Below, one piece after another: positions 39,886-48,833 of a stretch of DNA of 64,000 nucleotides. Source of the stretch: an uncultured Thiotrichaceae bacterium (GTDB lineage Bacteria; Pseudomonadota; Gammaproteobacteria; SZUA-229); NCBI GenBank assembly GCA_964600755.1, contig CAZRKQ010000050.1:4926-68925 (forward strand), written 5' to 3'. Below the pieces are notes generated by a model. It did no database searches and was not told where the DNA came from. It worked only from the letters and a program-made list of their open reading frames with translations. Position numbers and translations under genes: made by a program. Each line of letters begins with the position of its first letter. The first letter of the stretch is position 1.

Positions 39886-41187
39886 GAGTCAAGGACATAG
39901 GTAACAAAAGAGTCCAAGGACATGGGTTACACTTTCACCGTGATATAGGGCACGGTCTTACCCTTAATACTTCTTTCATCAAATCGTCCGAGTGTGACCG
40001 GTCCAAAATATACCTGCCAGATCCCCGCATCGACTTCTTCCAGTCCAACATGTTCACCTTTCAACAGGTGTGACACATAGACCAGCTTGTTATGCCAGTA
40101 CACCACGCCATTGCTGCTGACTTTGCGCACCTCAAAATAATTCGGATAGTGCAGCTCGGGTAGATGTTCCGGGTAAGGTCGGGGTGACGGTGCGTAGTGT
40201 GAGGCGGGCGTCTGCTGCTCAAGCGCCTCATGCGGACGCTGTTCATTGTACTCTGCACGAAAGGCATCGAAGCGTTGTTGCTGGGCTTTCATGTTCGCCG
40301 ACGGTGGCCGGGTCGCCGCTTGCTTAAGCGTGCGGTGCATGCGCTCATGCCGTCCATTCTGTTGCGGCTTGCCCGGCTCAATGCGCTCGGGCAGGATCCC
40401 CAGCCTGATCCACCACAGTGACAGTTGCGACAGGCCACCGCGGGCCGTGCTGGCAAAGGGTACGCCGTTGTCAGAACGGATGCGCTCAGGCAAGCCGTAT
40501 TGTCGGAACAGTCGGGTGAAGGTGGCCCGGGTGTCTTTCAGCCGCGGCCCTTTGAGGGCGTCGCAACCACACAGGTAGCGACTTTGATGGTCCATGACCG
40601 TGAGTGGATAACACCACTGGCCGTTACCCAGTTTGAACTGCCCTTTGTAGTCGACACTCCACACCCCATTGACCTGCTTCACCGGGGCAAACGGTTGTGG
40701 ATACGGCGTCACCCGGCGCCGGCGCCGGCGCGGGTGCACCAGGCCCGCACGGGACAGAATGTTGTAAATCGTGCTCTTTGAGGGAATGGCTTCATCGGGA
40801 TAACGCTGTGCCAGCAGCACCTGCAGCTTCTTGGCACCGGGCTGTGTCTGAAACTGCTGGCGCAGTTCGATGATGGCTTGCTGAATGCGGTAAGGGGTTC
40901 GCGTTGGACACGCGGTGGGTGTACGGCGTTGTTCATTCAGCCCGTCCAGCCCTTGTTGCTGAAAACGGTGTATCCACTTGTAACCCGTTTTTCGGCTGAC
41001 GCCATAGTGTGCACACAGCTCGGTCACGCTCGCTACCTGGCGCAGGTAGTCGGCAATAAACAGGACTTTTTGTTGCATCGGCTTCACCTCTTTCCAGGGC
41101 ATAGGCACCTCCTCTTGTCGGTGCCAACAGATTACTCAATCTGTTACCTATGTCCTTGGACTAATGTGTTACCTATGTTTATAAACC
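39886..41187 (-). mobile_element. IS481-family insertion sequence (about 1.3 kb) with duplicated terminal inverted repeats, GC-rich relative to its surroundings
   Basis: Terminal IRs: GTCAAGGACATAGGTAACA / GTCCAAGGACATGGGTTACA at 39888-39931, and TGTTACCTATGTCCTTGGAC / TGTTACCTATGTTT at 41143-41182. A single DDE transposase ORF lies inside. The coding DNA is visibly more GC-rich than flanking genes. Confidence 0.8.
39927..41108 (-). CDS. IS481-family DDE transposase (N-terminal HTH + integrase catalytic core)
   Basis: 393 aa. HTH (ELCAHYGVSRKTGYKWIHRF), DDE integrase core (WSVDYKG...VMDHQSRY..., SDNGVPF, ...QNGRHER), and a poly-Arg PRRRRRR linker. Confidence 0.85.
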   Translation of the reverse strand: MPMPWKEVKPMQQKVLFIADYLRQVASVTELCAHYGVSRKTGYKWIHRFQQQGLDGLNEQRRTPTACPTRTPYRIQQAIIELRQQFQTQPGAKKLQVLLAQRYPDEAIPSKSTIYNILSRAGLVHPRRRRRRVTPYPQPFAPVKQVNGVWSVDYKGQFKLGNGQWCYPLTVMDHQSRYLCGCDALKGPRLKDTRATFTRLFRQYGLPERIRSDNGVPFASTARGGLSQLSLWWIRLGILPERIEPGKPQQNGRHERMHRTLKQAATRPPSANMKAQQQRFDAFRAEYNEQRPHEALEQQTPASHYAPSPRPYPEHLPELHYPNYFEVRKVSSNGVVYWHNKLVYVSHLLKGEHVGLEEVDAGIWQVYFGPVTLGRFDERSIKGKTVPYITVKV

Positions 41188-41412
41188 GTACCGGGCGCAT
41201 TTTTTGGGTTACGTTTTTTGGGCGTTCAAAAAAGGTAACTCGCTCCAGCAGGAGCGAAACTAATGCTTAGTTACACGTGATAATAAATCGATAGATATTA
41301 TAATCAGTATCACAGCGTAATTTTCACGGTTAAAAGTGAGATTAAGTTAAGTTCGCGACTAATGCCACTCCTACAAAAGCTGTCCACGGCAGCCCCAACG
41401 TCTAAAAGATTA

Positions 41413-41444
41413 CTTTGCGCCCTTTGCGTCTCCGCGCCTTTGCG
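41413..41444. repeat. REP-like GC-rich repeat, copy C (single arm): CTTTGCGCCCTTTGCGTCTCCGCGCCTTTGCG
   Basis: Variant of the CGCAGAGG family in which CTCTGCG becomes CTTTGCG. Located just outside the right outer inverted repeat that flanks the IS481 element. Confidence 0.6.
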
Positions 41445-41471
41445 TTAAAAACCTGGTATCTACGCGGAAGC

Positions 41472-41759
41472 TTATTTCTTGCCGCCGCCGGCCTGGAAAC
41501 CTGCCGGCGCCTGGCCATAGTCCCCTTCGCCAAAGAAAAAGCCAGCCATGTGTTTTTCGATGAGCTCGATATTTTTCGGATCAGCCGTATTCAGGCCGTT
41601 TTCATTAATAATGGTTGTCAGGCGTTCTAGCCATTGTTGCCAGCCTTCCTTTGATACATTTTCGTAGATGCGGATACCTAAAGAACCCGGATGAGGCGGT
41701 TGCTCCAGCCCCTCGGCTTCTGTTTTGAGCACCACGCATTGAACCATTCTCGTCATCAC
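41472..41759 (-). CDS. yggX: Fe(II)-trafficking / oxidative-damage protection protein YggX
   Basis: 95 aa. Collinear with E. coli YggX (VQCVVLKTEAEGLE..PHPGSLGIRIYENVSKEGWQQW...LINE..LN). Confidence 0.8.
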   Translation of the reverse strand: MMTRMVQCVVLKTEAEGLEQPPHPGSLGIRIYENVSKEGWQQWLERLTTIINENGLNTADPKNIELIEKHMAGFFFGEGDYGQAPAGFQAGGGKK

Positions 41760-41770
41760 AACCTCAACAT

Positions 41771-42838
41771 TTACAGATTTGATTTCTCTTCGTATTTCTT
41801 CAGCAATACGCCTTCGTCACCGCAGCAGCTGGCCGGGCACTTCTTAACCTGATGCATTTCCTCAGCCTGGCTGTTTAGATAGAACTCGACCGGGCGGTTT
41901 TCCTTGGCACAATCACAACCTTTGTCATTATACACATAAACCTGCCGCAAGCCCGCACGCCTGCCCTGTTCTGCCGCGGCAAACAACACTTCGTCTGGTG
42001 TTGGCGGTGTATCCATTAATTTGTATGCCGGGAAAAATTTCGTGATATGCCAGGGGCTGTCTGCACCCAGGTTTTCACGTACCCAGCTCGCGATGGCGAA
42101 ATGTTCGTCAGGATCGTCGTTCTTTCCGGGAATGATATTTGTTCTTGTTTCAACATGGACGCCCAGATCATGAGCCGTCTTGATCGAATGCAGTACTTGC
42201 TCGACCGTGGCCGGGCGGCAGATCTCCCGGTAAAAATCATCGCGCATGCTCTTGATATCTGAGCACAGCACGTCCAGATGCGGCGCCACCAGCTGCAGTG
42301 CTTCATCAGTAACAAAACTGTTGGACACATACACCGTGTAAAGACCTGCTTCATGCGCCAGCTCGCACACATCCATGACATATTCTAGCCATACCGCTGG
42401 CTCAGAATAGGTAAAGGCAATACCCTGTACACCGGCCCGCTGGGCGGTTTCTACAAGGCTTTCGGGTGTCACCCAGGCTTCTTTTGACTGACCACGGGCG
42501 AGCTCGTCCAGCGCTTTCACACCCCAGGAAATATCAAGGTTGTGGCAACCGCCACAGCGAAAACTACAGCCATAGCTGCCAACCGACATCACCTGTGTAC
42601 CGGGCCGGTAATGCCTGATCGGTTTATCTTCAATCGGGTCAATATCGATCGATGAGAGGATGCCGTACGACAGGTTATACAGGGTACCGTTACGGTTGAC
42701 ATGCGCCTGGCAGAAGCCACGCTGGCCGTGGCCGATTTTGCAGCGCCACAGGCACAGGTTGCACCGTGTCGTGCCGTTAGCCAGCTTTTCCTGCAGCCTG
42801 GTCTCGACCAGCTGGTAATCCTGTAAATTTTTTGTCAT
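41771..42838 (-). CDS. AmmeMemoRadiSam-system-type radical SAM enzyme (PflA-like activase fold)
   Basis: 355 aa. N-terminal Cys cluster RCNLCLWRCKIGHGQRGFCQAH matches the C.LCP..C.L..G.rGfC..R signature of that family. Radical SAM CxxxCxxC at GCSFRCGGCHN. Confidence 0.65.
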   Translation of the reverse strand: MTKNLQDYQLVETRLQEKLANGTTRCNLCLWRCKIGHGQRGFCQAHVNRNGTLYNLSYGILSSIDIDPIEDKPIRHYRPGTQVMSVGSYGCSFRCGGCHNLDISWGVKALDELARGQSKEAWVTPESLVETAQRAGVQGIAFTYSEPAVWLEYVMDVCELAHEAGLYTVYVSNSFVTDEALQLVAPHLDVLCSDIKSMRDDFYREICRPATVEQVLHSIKTAHDLGVHVETRTNIIPGKNDDPDEHFAIASWVRENLGADSPWHITKFFPAYKLMDTPPTPDEVLFAAAEQGRRAGLRQVYVYNDKGCDCAKENRPVEFYLNSQAEEMHQVKKCPASCCGDEGVLLKKYEEKSNL

Positions 42839-42844
42839 AACTTT

Positions 42845-43183
42845 TTAGAGTGTAATCACCTGGTCTGGCATATTACCGGATAATGCCCCGTACAGATTCG
42901 GGAAACACCCTATTGTAGCGCCTTCGACCAGCATATCATCAATTTCCCGTTCATAGGCACACTGGTCGCAGGCCATCAATAACATGCCTTTGTCATTCGC
43001 CAGCCTGGCCAGGCGCTCGCCAATGGGATTTCCCTTCTGCAGCACATAGGCATTATCTTCAAAAAAGAACATACCCACGACCTCAACACCGTGTGTATCC
43101 TGCTCCAGCTGAGGAAGAATCATCTTACCGAGCTTGTATGAAACCGAGTGCCCCTGAGTAGAAAAAATATACGCAACCTTCAT
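42845..43183 (-). CDS. DsrE/DsrF/TusD-like family small protein
   Basis: 112 aa. MKVAYIFSTQGHS...VVGMFFFEDNAYV...LLMACDQCA pattern of the DsrE fold, with a conserved Cys. Confidence 0.55.
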   Translation of the reverse strand: MKVAYIFSTQGHSVSYKLGKMILPQLEQDTHGVEVVGMFFFEDNAYVLQKGNPIGERLARLANDKGMLLMACDQCAYEREIDDMLVEGATIGCFPNLYGALSGNMPDQVITL

Positions 43184-43300
43184 GTAGTTTCCCCTGCTAA
43201 ACTGATTTTATCTGATGAACTTTATGATCAAATCTAACAGGTATATGACTAAACATAACCGGATCTTGTTCAGGGATGTTCAGACACCATATAGTAACAA

Positions 43301-43337
43301 CCTGGCCCCTAGTCCCTAGCCCCTAGTACCTAGTACC
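43301..43337. repeat. Heptanucleotide tandem repeat (CCCTAGT/CCTAGTA variants), immediately downstream of the DUF503 gene
   Basis: cctggcccctagtccctagcccctagtacctagtacctg. Same family as the repeats at 36944-36980 and 48023-48052. Confidence 0.85.
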
Positions 43338-43342
43338 TGAAT

Positions 43343-43639
43343 TCAAAGCCAATGCTGCTCGATATTAGACACAGCAAGATCACCGCTAGACGCCAGTACC
43401 AGCTGCTCGACATTCCCTATTTGCTGCTGTAAATACCGCCTGTTGTTACTTACCAGGGTGACTGCAATCACACAACGCTGCCATTCATCAAGATAGCCCG
43501 TTTCTGCAACTGATGCATTCAGTTTTGCGCGCAGCTTGTCTATCAGGCTTTTAACAACTGTACGCTTCTGCTTCAGTGACTGTGAATGCGGAATATGGCA
43601 ATCAATTACCAGCAGTAGTACATGTATTGATTGTTCCAT
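43343..43639 (-). CDS. DUF503 family protein
   Basis: 98 aa. HVLLLVIDCHIPHSQSLKQKRTVVKSLIDKLRAK matches the DUF503 (YlxP-like) signature. Confidence 0.6.
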   Translation of the reverse strand: MEQSIHVLLLVIDCHIPHSQSLKQKRTVVKSLIDKLRAKLNASVAETGYLDEWQRCVIAVTLVSNNRRYLQQQIGNVEQLVLASSGDLAVSNIEQHWL

Positions 43640-43657
43640 TGAATTGTCAGCAGCAGG

Positions 43658-46615
43658 CTACAGATTTATAACATCCAGACCCAGGTTCCCTTTCTGTTCA
43701 AGCGTAGCAGCATTAGTAATAATGGCCGTACTTGCTTTATCAGGATGCAGATAGGTTTGTGTTACACGTTTCAAGTCATCGAGTCTCACATTCAAAACGT
43801 TTTGTCTGAATGCCTGCAGTTTGTCCAGAGTACGCCCATGCAATAGATTGTGAAATGCCTGCCTGGCTTCACCCGCTGGTGACCCGGGTTTATCGATACT
43901 ACTGATAACACCAAGTATGGCTTCTTCAACCATTCTCCATTCATGCTTGCCGGTCAGCATCCAGTCAATTGCACGGTCGAAATCGTCAAGTGTCTCATCC
44001 AGTCTTGGGTCACGGTAGGAGAAAAAGCGAAAAGCAGCAATATTCGTGTCATGGCCTGCGCCACCACCATAGGCACCACCCTTCTCTCGAATGGCAGTAT
44101 GCAGGAAACCATTTCTGAGGAATCCGCCAAGTACAGACAAAGGAGCCGCATCGGGATGGTCCATCGGCACCGATTTGTAGGCACGCGCGCAAAAATTCAC
44201 CTGGGTATTCGTTACCCACATCTGTTTTACATTTTCATCAATGGTACTGGTACTGAATGACTTGAATGACTGGCCAGACTTTTCAGCTGTCCATATCCGC
44301 TCAAAACCATTTACCAGGTCATCAAGCTTTTCTTCTTCACCGATAATCATAAACTTTCTTGGAGCAGCGATAAGTTTCTGGTGAATATCACTAAACTTGC
44401 TGGCAAAGTCAGCAACTGCACCTTCCTTGTTAGCATCATCAACGGCTTTGAGAATACGTATACCTTCAAGGCCATTAAAGCGGTGCCCGAGGGAGGCAAC
44501 CGGGCACATGCCGCTTGAAGCTGCAGACATCGCCAGCGTATGCCCGCTACCAGTGACGCTTTGTTCGCGTCGTGCGCGTCGTTGCGAAATGATTTCCCGG
44601 ATGCGATCATGCTCATCAAAGCGAACATTTTGAATAGTCTCATGCATTAACTCAGACAGACTTTCATTGTTGCGTTCGAGGGCCTTGCCGGTAAATACAT
44701 AATAGCCTCGTGTTTGCTGCACATCATCACTGTGTCCGCGGATGCTGGAATGACCGCTTACCCCGCCACTGACGCTTGACTGCCAGCCCTGCACCTGCAG
44801 GTAATCCCTGTCTCCCACACCAAGCTCGGTCAAACAGCTCGAAAAAAATGGCAGCATATCGAGTTGATCCGGATCGAACGCAGGAAGATCAAGCACCATC
44901 TCATGATACACAAGGCCATTGGTACCTTGCGCATACAGCGTAGATTCTGTATTGGAAATCTGCCGTGCAATTGCTGAAGGTATTTTCATCTCGGGCGGCA
45001 CATCCTCAAGCCCGACTTTAGGCAGTACTGCGGGGTCATCTTCCTGCTGCTGGCGTAATGCCAGTTCAGCAGCACGTCTAATAACCTGTGATTTATCATC
45101 ATCCGACATGACCGCCTTCATCTTCTCAAGACGCTCGTGCTCTGCTTCTTCCTTACGCGCACTGAGTGTCGTATCAGGCTTCATTGTGAGGCGAACTCGA
45201 TGCGGATTATCCAGCAATAATTCTCGAACCAGGCGCTTGATATAAGTCTCATCCTTGATCTTTTCACGTAACGATTCGATGACAGGATCAAGGTTAAGCA
45301 ATTGTGACGGATCGCCACGGTGAATAGCCGCTGACAGGCCACTGAGGATCAACTGCAAACCATAAGGATAGCCATCACCGCCTATTTCGCGCTGACTCAG
45401 TTCAAGCTGGTGCAGTACGGCTTCGAGTTGCTCTTGTGCAACTCCATTCTCGGCAACATCCTGCAGGACATCAATAACCAGTTTTTCAAATGCTTCTGCA
45501 TCGCCAGGCTCACTGCCTTCAATGCCACACATGAAGCACATTTCATGGTTCGAATCTTCCAGCCCACACAGCGGTGAGGGTGCTGAACCCAGTTTAGTTG
45601 TTTCCAGTGCCTTGCGCAGAGGCGATGAACTGTTCTCCAGTAACACATGTGACAACAAATTCGACTTCATGACTTCATCAAGTGAAATACTGGGGCCGAG
45701 CAGCCAGCCAAGTACATGGTGAGTCTTGTGGTCCTCAGTCACACCTTCGACAACGTCAAATGCATATACATCCTCGATAACGACTGGCTTATCGAGGCGT
45801 TGTTCATCATCAACATGAATATTAACGTCAAGTTTGTCGAAATAGCTCAGGGCTTTTTCTTCGAACTGCTTCTGCTGTTCGTATGCCGGGATATCACCAA
45901 ATGTCATAAATACAGCATTACTCGGATGATAATGCGTTTGATAAAATGACTTGAGCTGCTGGTAAGACAGATCAGGAATATTTACCGGCTCACCACCACT
46001 GTTGTAATGATAAGTAGTCGTTGGATAAAGGTGCTCACTCAATGTTTGCCATAGCACGCTAACTGGTGAACTCATCGCGCCTTTCATTTCGTTGAACACG
46101 ACACCTTTAAATTCGAGTTCGCTTTGCGGGTTGTCTGCTTCCTTGAATTCAACGCGATGCCCTTCCTGTAAAAAATCAAGTTCATCCAGCCTGGAAAAAA
46201 ATGCCGCATCCAGATAAACATCCAGTAAATTATTGAAGTCTTTTCTGTTCTGGCTGGAAAACGGGTATGCCGTCCAGTCACTGCTGGTAAATGCATTCAT
46301 GAATGTGTTCAGTGATCGCCTTATCATCATAAAGAACGGATCACGCACAGGGTATTTTTTACTGCCACATAAGGCGGTATGTTCCAGTATATGTGCAACG
46401 CCTGTTGAATCCATGGGTACAGTCCTGAATGCAACGAGAAAAACATTTTCATTGTTATCAGCATCAATATGATAGTGCATGGCACCAGTCTTGATATGCT
46501 GATATTCCTCGATTGTTACATTGAGTGACTCAATGCGTTCGGATCGTATCCATGTAAAGGCCGGGTGTGAATTGCCTTTTACCGTGTTTGGAGTTTCTGC
46601 AACTTGTGTTGTCAT
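43658..46615 (-). CDS. M16-family (insulinase/PreP-like) zinc metalloprotease, about 985 aa
   Basis: Inverted zinc motif HILEHTALCGS (HxxEH) near the N-terminus. Size and domain organisation resemble the presequence-protease-like M16C enzymes. Confidence 0.8.
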   Translation of the reverse strand: MTTQVAETPNTVKGNSHPAFTWIRSERIESLNVTIEEYQHIKTGAMHYHIDADNNENVFLVAFRTVPMDSTGVAHILEHTALCGSKKYPVRDPFFMMIRRSLNTFMNAFTSSDWTAYPFSSQNRKDFNNLLDVYLDAAFFSRLDELDFLQEGHRVEFKEADNPQSELEFKGVVFNEMKGAMSSPVSVLWQTLSEHLYPTTTYHYNSGGEPVNIPDLSYQQLKSFYQTHYHPSNAVFMTFGDIPAYEQQKQFEEKALSYFDKLDVNIHVDDEQRLDKPVVIEDVYAFDVVEGVTEDHKTHHVLGWLLGPSISLDEVMKSNLLSHVLLENSSSPLRKALETTKLGSAPSPLCGLEDSNHEMCFMCGIEGSEPGDAEAFEKLVIDVLQDVAENGVAQEQLEAVLHQLELSQREIGGDGYPYGLQLILSGLSAAIHRGDPSQLLNLDPVIESLREKIKDETYIKRLVRELLLDNPHRVRLTMKPDTTLSARKEEAEHERLEKMKAVMSDDDKSQVIRRAAELALRQQQEDDPAVLPKVGLEDVPPEMKIPSAIARQISNTESTLYAQGTNGLVYHEMVLDLPAFDPDQLDMLPFFSSCLTELGVGDRDYLQVQGWQSSVSGGVSGHSSIRGHSDDVQQTRGYYVFTGKALERNNESLSELMHETIQNVRFDEHDRIREIISQRRARREQSVTGSGHTLAMSAASSGMCPVASLGHRFNGLEGIRILKAVDDANKEGAVADFASKFSDIHQKLIAAPRKFMIIGEEEKLDDLVNGFERIWTAEKSGQSFKSFSTSTIDENVKQMWVTNTQVNFCARAYKSVPMDHPDAAPLSVLGGFLRNGFLHTAIREKGGAYGGGAGHDTNIAAFRFFSYRDPRLDETLDDFDRAIDWMLTGKHEWRMVEEAILGVISSIDKPGSPAGEARQAFHNLLHGRTLDKLQAFRQNVLNVRLDDLKRVTQTYLHPDKASTAIITNAATLEQKGNLGLDVINL

Positions 46616-46616
46616 G

Positions 46617-47288
46617 TTATGTATTTTTTGTGAGTTTGTAGGCTGTTTCTATTAATGTAGTAAGACCACGCTGCTTGAATCTTGGTTCATCCTCAAGGAT
46701 ACTTTTTGCCGCAAGTTTTTCGACTCTGAAATTATCGCGGTAAAGCTCATTGACTTCTTCTTCGGAGACTGAAAATGGAGGCCCATACATTTCATTTTCC
46801 GGGTATGTAAGGGTAATCAACAATGTGCGTGTCCCTGGCTTTTGTAATTCAGTAATTTTGTTTACATACTCGCTGCGCATTTCCTTTGGCAGCGCAATCA
46901 GTGAAGCACGATCAAAAATATCGGTGATGTAGCCGATATTTTCAGCTTGCAGTGTAAAAAAATCACCCAGCAGGATTTCCAGCATGTCGGTTTTATACCT
47001 GACATGACTCTCCATGTTCGATTTGATGAAATTCAGCTGCTGCTCGGCAAAAAACTGTTCAACGGCCAGCTCACTGCACTCAACACCAACCGATTGATAT
47101 CCGCTTTGCTGCAACCACCACAGGTCTTTCGATTTCCCGCACAGTGGAACAAATACCCTCAATTCAGACCGCTTCTCCACCGCAGGTCCCATTTCGCCAT
47201 AATAGTAACCAAGGTAAGGGTTGACGTGATGCTGGTGAAAACCGGTTTCGCCCCTGCTCCAGCGTTCAAGCCAGAAATCTATTTCCAT
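46617..47288 (-). CDS. tpm: Thiopurine S-methyltransferase
   Basis: 223 aa. FWLERW..G..GFHQ..VNP.L ... RVFVPLCGKS.D..WL matches TPMT. Confidence 0.8.
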   Translation of the reverse strand: MEIDFWLERWSRGETGFHQHHVNPYLGYYYGEMGPAVEKRSELRVFVPLCGKSKDLWWLQQSGYQSVGVECSELAVEQFFAEQQLNFIKSNMESHVRYKTDMLEILLGDFFTLQAENIGYITDIFDRASLIALPKEMRSEYVNKITELQKPGTRTLLITLTYPENEMYGPPFSVSEEEVNELYRDNFRVEKLAAKSILEDEPRFKQRGLTTLIETAYKLTKNT

Positions 47289-47297
47289 TTAGGACGG

Positions 47298-47582
47298 TTA
47301 CCCTTCACCCGGTTTCCAGATACCAAAGGCCTCCTGCGAGGGCTGTGGGGGTGCCATATCGGTTTCTACCTGATCCAGAACCTGCCCCATGAATGCAGTC
47401 AGATCATTGAGAAAACCGTGCTTGTCCAGGCCCGGGTTCGTCTGGTGCGCAAGTACATAGCCAATAATGGCGGACAGATACTGCATAGTCATAAGATCAT
47501 CGTCTGCTGAAGCGTCATGTTGTACGAGTACCTCTTTGACGCCTGAAATCAGTTCACCGGATAGTTGAATGCCGCCACTCAT
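47298..47582 (-). CDS. Hypothetical protein (94 aa), co-directional with and immediately upstream of tpm
   Basis: ORF only. No recognisable motifs. Confidence 0.35.
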   Translation of the reverse strand: MSGGIQLSGELISGVKEVLVQHDASADDDLMTMQYLSAIIGYVLAHQTNPGLDKHGFLNDLTAFMGQVLDQVETDMAPPQPSQEAFGIWKPGEG

Positions 47583-47653
47583 ATTGGGATTTTCCTGTCT
47601 GAATAAAAAGTGTAGATTGTACGCTATCTGCCCTAATTTCCAAAAAACAAACC

Positions 47654-47965
47654 ATGTATAAAATATGTGTATTCGTCCCGGAAACTGCCGTCGAACAGGT
47701 AAAACAGGCCATGTTTGCAGCCGGTGCCGGCAAAATTGGTGACTATGACAGCTGCTGCTGGCAAACCTCGGGCCAGGGCCAGTTCAGACCACTGCAAGGC
47801 AGTTCACCCTATCTCGGAAAACAGGATCATGTGGAAACCGTGACAGAATTCAGGGTGGAAATGGTATGTGCTGACGAGTTAATAAAAGTCACAGTAGATG
47901 CCATGAAAAGCAGCCACCCCTACGAAGAGCCTGCCTACGATGTCTGGAAACTGGAAGATTTCTGA
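47654..47965 (+). CDS. Stand-alone PII-like/CutA-fold protein related to the insert domain of NIF3 (YqfO) family proteins
   Basis: 103 aa. ICVFVPE...VKQAMFAAGAGKIGDYDSCCWQT.GQGQFRPL.GS.PYLG......E.RVEMVC...L...V.AMK..HPYEEPAYDVWKLE. Recalled similarity to the NIF3 insert; this is not verifiable here. Confidence 0.45.
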   Translation: MYKICVFVPETAVEQVKQAMFAAGAGKIGDYDSCCWQTSGQGQFRPLQGSSPYLGKQDHVETVTEFRVEMVCADELIKVTVDAMKSSHPYEEPAYDVWKLEDF

Positions 47966-47975
47966 ATTTTTTCAA

Positions 47976-48008
47976 CGCAAAGACGCCAAGGCGCAAAGGA
48001 CGCAAAGA
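47976..48008. repeat. REP-like GC-rich repeat, copy D: CGCAAAGACGCCAAGGCGCAAAGGACGCAAAGA
   Basis: Three CGCAAAG units. Same family as the copies at 946-1045, 2207-2350 and 41413-41444. Confidence 0.6.
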
Positions 48009-48022
48009 ATTTATTTGATTTT

Positions 48023-48052
48023 CCTAGACCCCAGTACCTAGTTCCTAGTACC
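48023..48052. repeat. Heptanucleotide tandem repeat (CCTAGTA variants), immediately downstream of lpxA
   Basis: cctagaccccagtacctagttcctagtacc. Confidence 0.8.
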
Positions 48053-48057
48053 TTGCT

Positions 48058-48828
48058 TCATCGTGTCCAGCCGCGTTCGCTTGTACCCAGAAAATCGATT
48101 ACCTGCTTGACTTCAGGGTGAACGGCCGCAATTTCAGATACACGTTCGAGTTTTTCCTTTAGTGTACCTTTCGACTTGACCAGGATTTTATAGGTCTCCT
48201 GCAGGGCACGGATGGTTTCTGGCTTGAATCCTTTGCGCACCAGGCCTTCCTTGTTAATGCCGCGTGCCTTTGCCCTGTTGCCTGCCACTGTGAAATAAGG
48301 CAGCACGTCCCGGTCCAGAGCCGTTGCAAAACCGGTAAAGCAGTATGAGCCCAGACGTGTGAACTGGTGCACCGCAGTAAAGCCACCAAGAATTGCATAG
48401 TCTTCAACGACTACATGCCCAGCCAGAGTCGCGTTATTGGCAAGAATAATATTGTTGCCGATTATGCAGTCGTGAGCGACATGGACATAAGCCATAAACA
48501 GGTTGTCGTTACCAATTTGCGTAACGCTTCGATCTTCTTCTGTACCACGATGTATGGTGGTACATTCGCGAATGGTATTTCTATCGCCTATAACAAGCCT
48601 TGATTTTTCGCCATGAAACTTCAGATCCTGCGGATCTTCACCGATTGATGCAAACTGGAAAATACGGTTTTCCTCTCCAATTATTGTTGGCCCTTTAATA
48701 ACAACATGCGGGCCGATTACTGTACCGGCCCCGATCTCTACATCTGCACCAACAATACTATATGGCCCTATCTGAACATCACGTGCAATCACAGCAGACT
48801 CATCAATGATTGCGGTTTCGTGTATCAT
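48058..48828 (-). CDS. lpxA: Acyl-ACP--UDP-N-acetylglucosamine O-acyltransferase
   Basis: 256 aa. Canonical position after fabZ. HVAHDCIIG catalytic region. Confidence 0.95.
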   Translation of the reverse strand: MIHETAIIDESAVIARDVQIGPYSIVGADVEIGAGTVIGPHVVIKGPTIIGEENRIFQFASIGEDPQDLKFHGEKSRLVIGDRNTIRECTTIHRGTEEDRSVTQIGNDNLFMAYVHVAHDCIIGNNIILANNATLAGHVVVEDYAILGGFTAVHQFTRLGSYCFTGFATALDRDVLPYFTVAGNRAKARGINKEGLVRKGFKPETIRALQETYKILVKSKGTLKEKLERVSEIAAVHPEVKQVIDFLGTSERGWTR

Positions 48829-48833
48829 TAATA

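Noticed and set aside
40230-40781. Plus-strand ORFs (63-118 aa) inside the IS481 transposase gene
   Set aside because: Antisense to the transposase in a GC-rich segment. No similarity or RBS.
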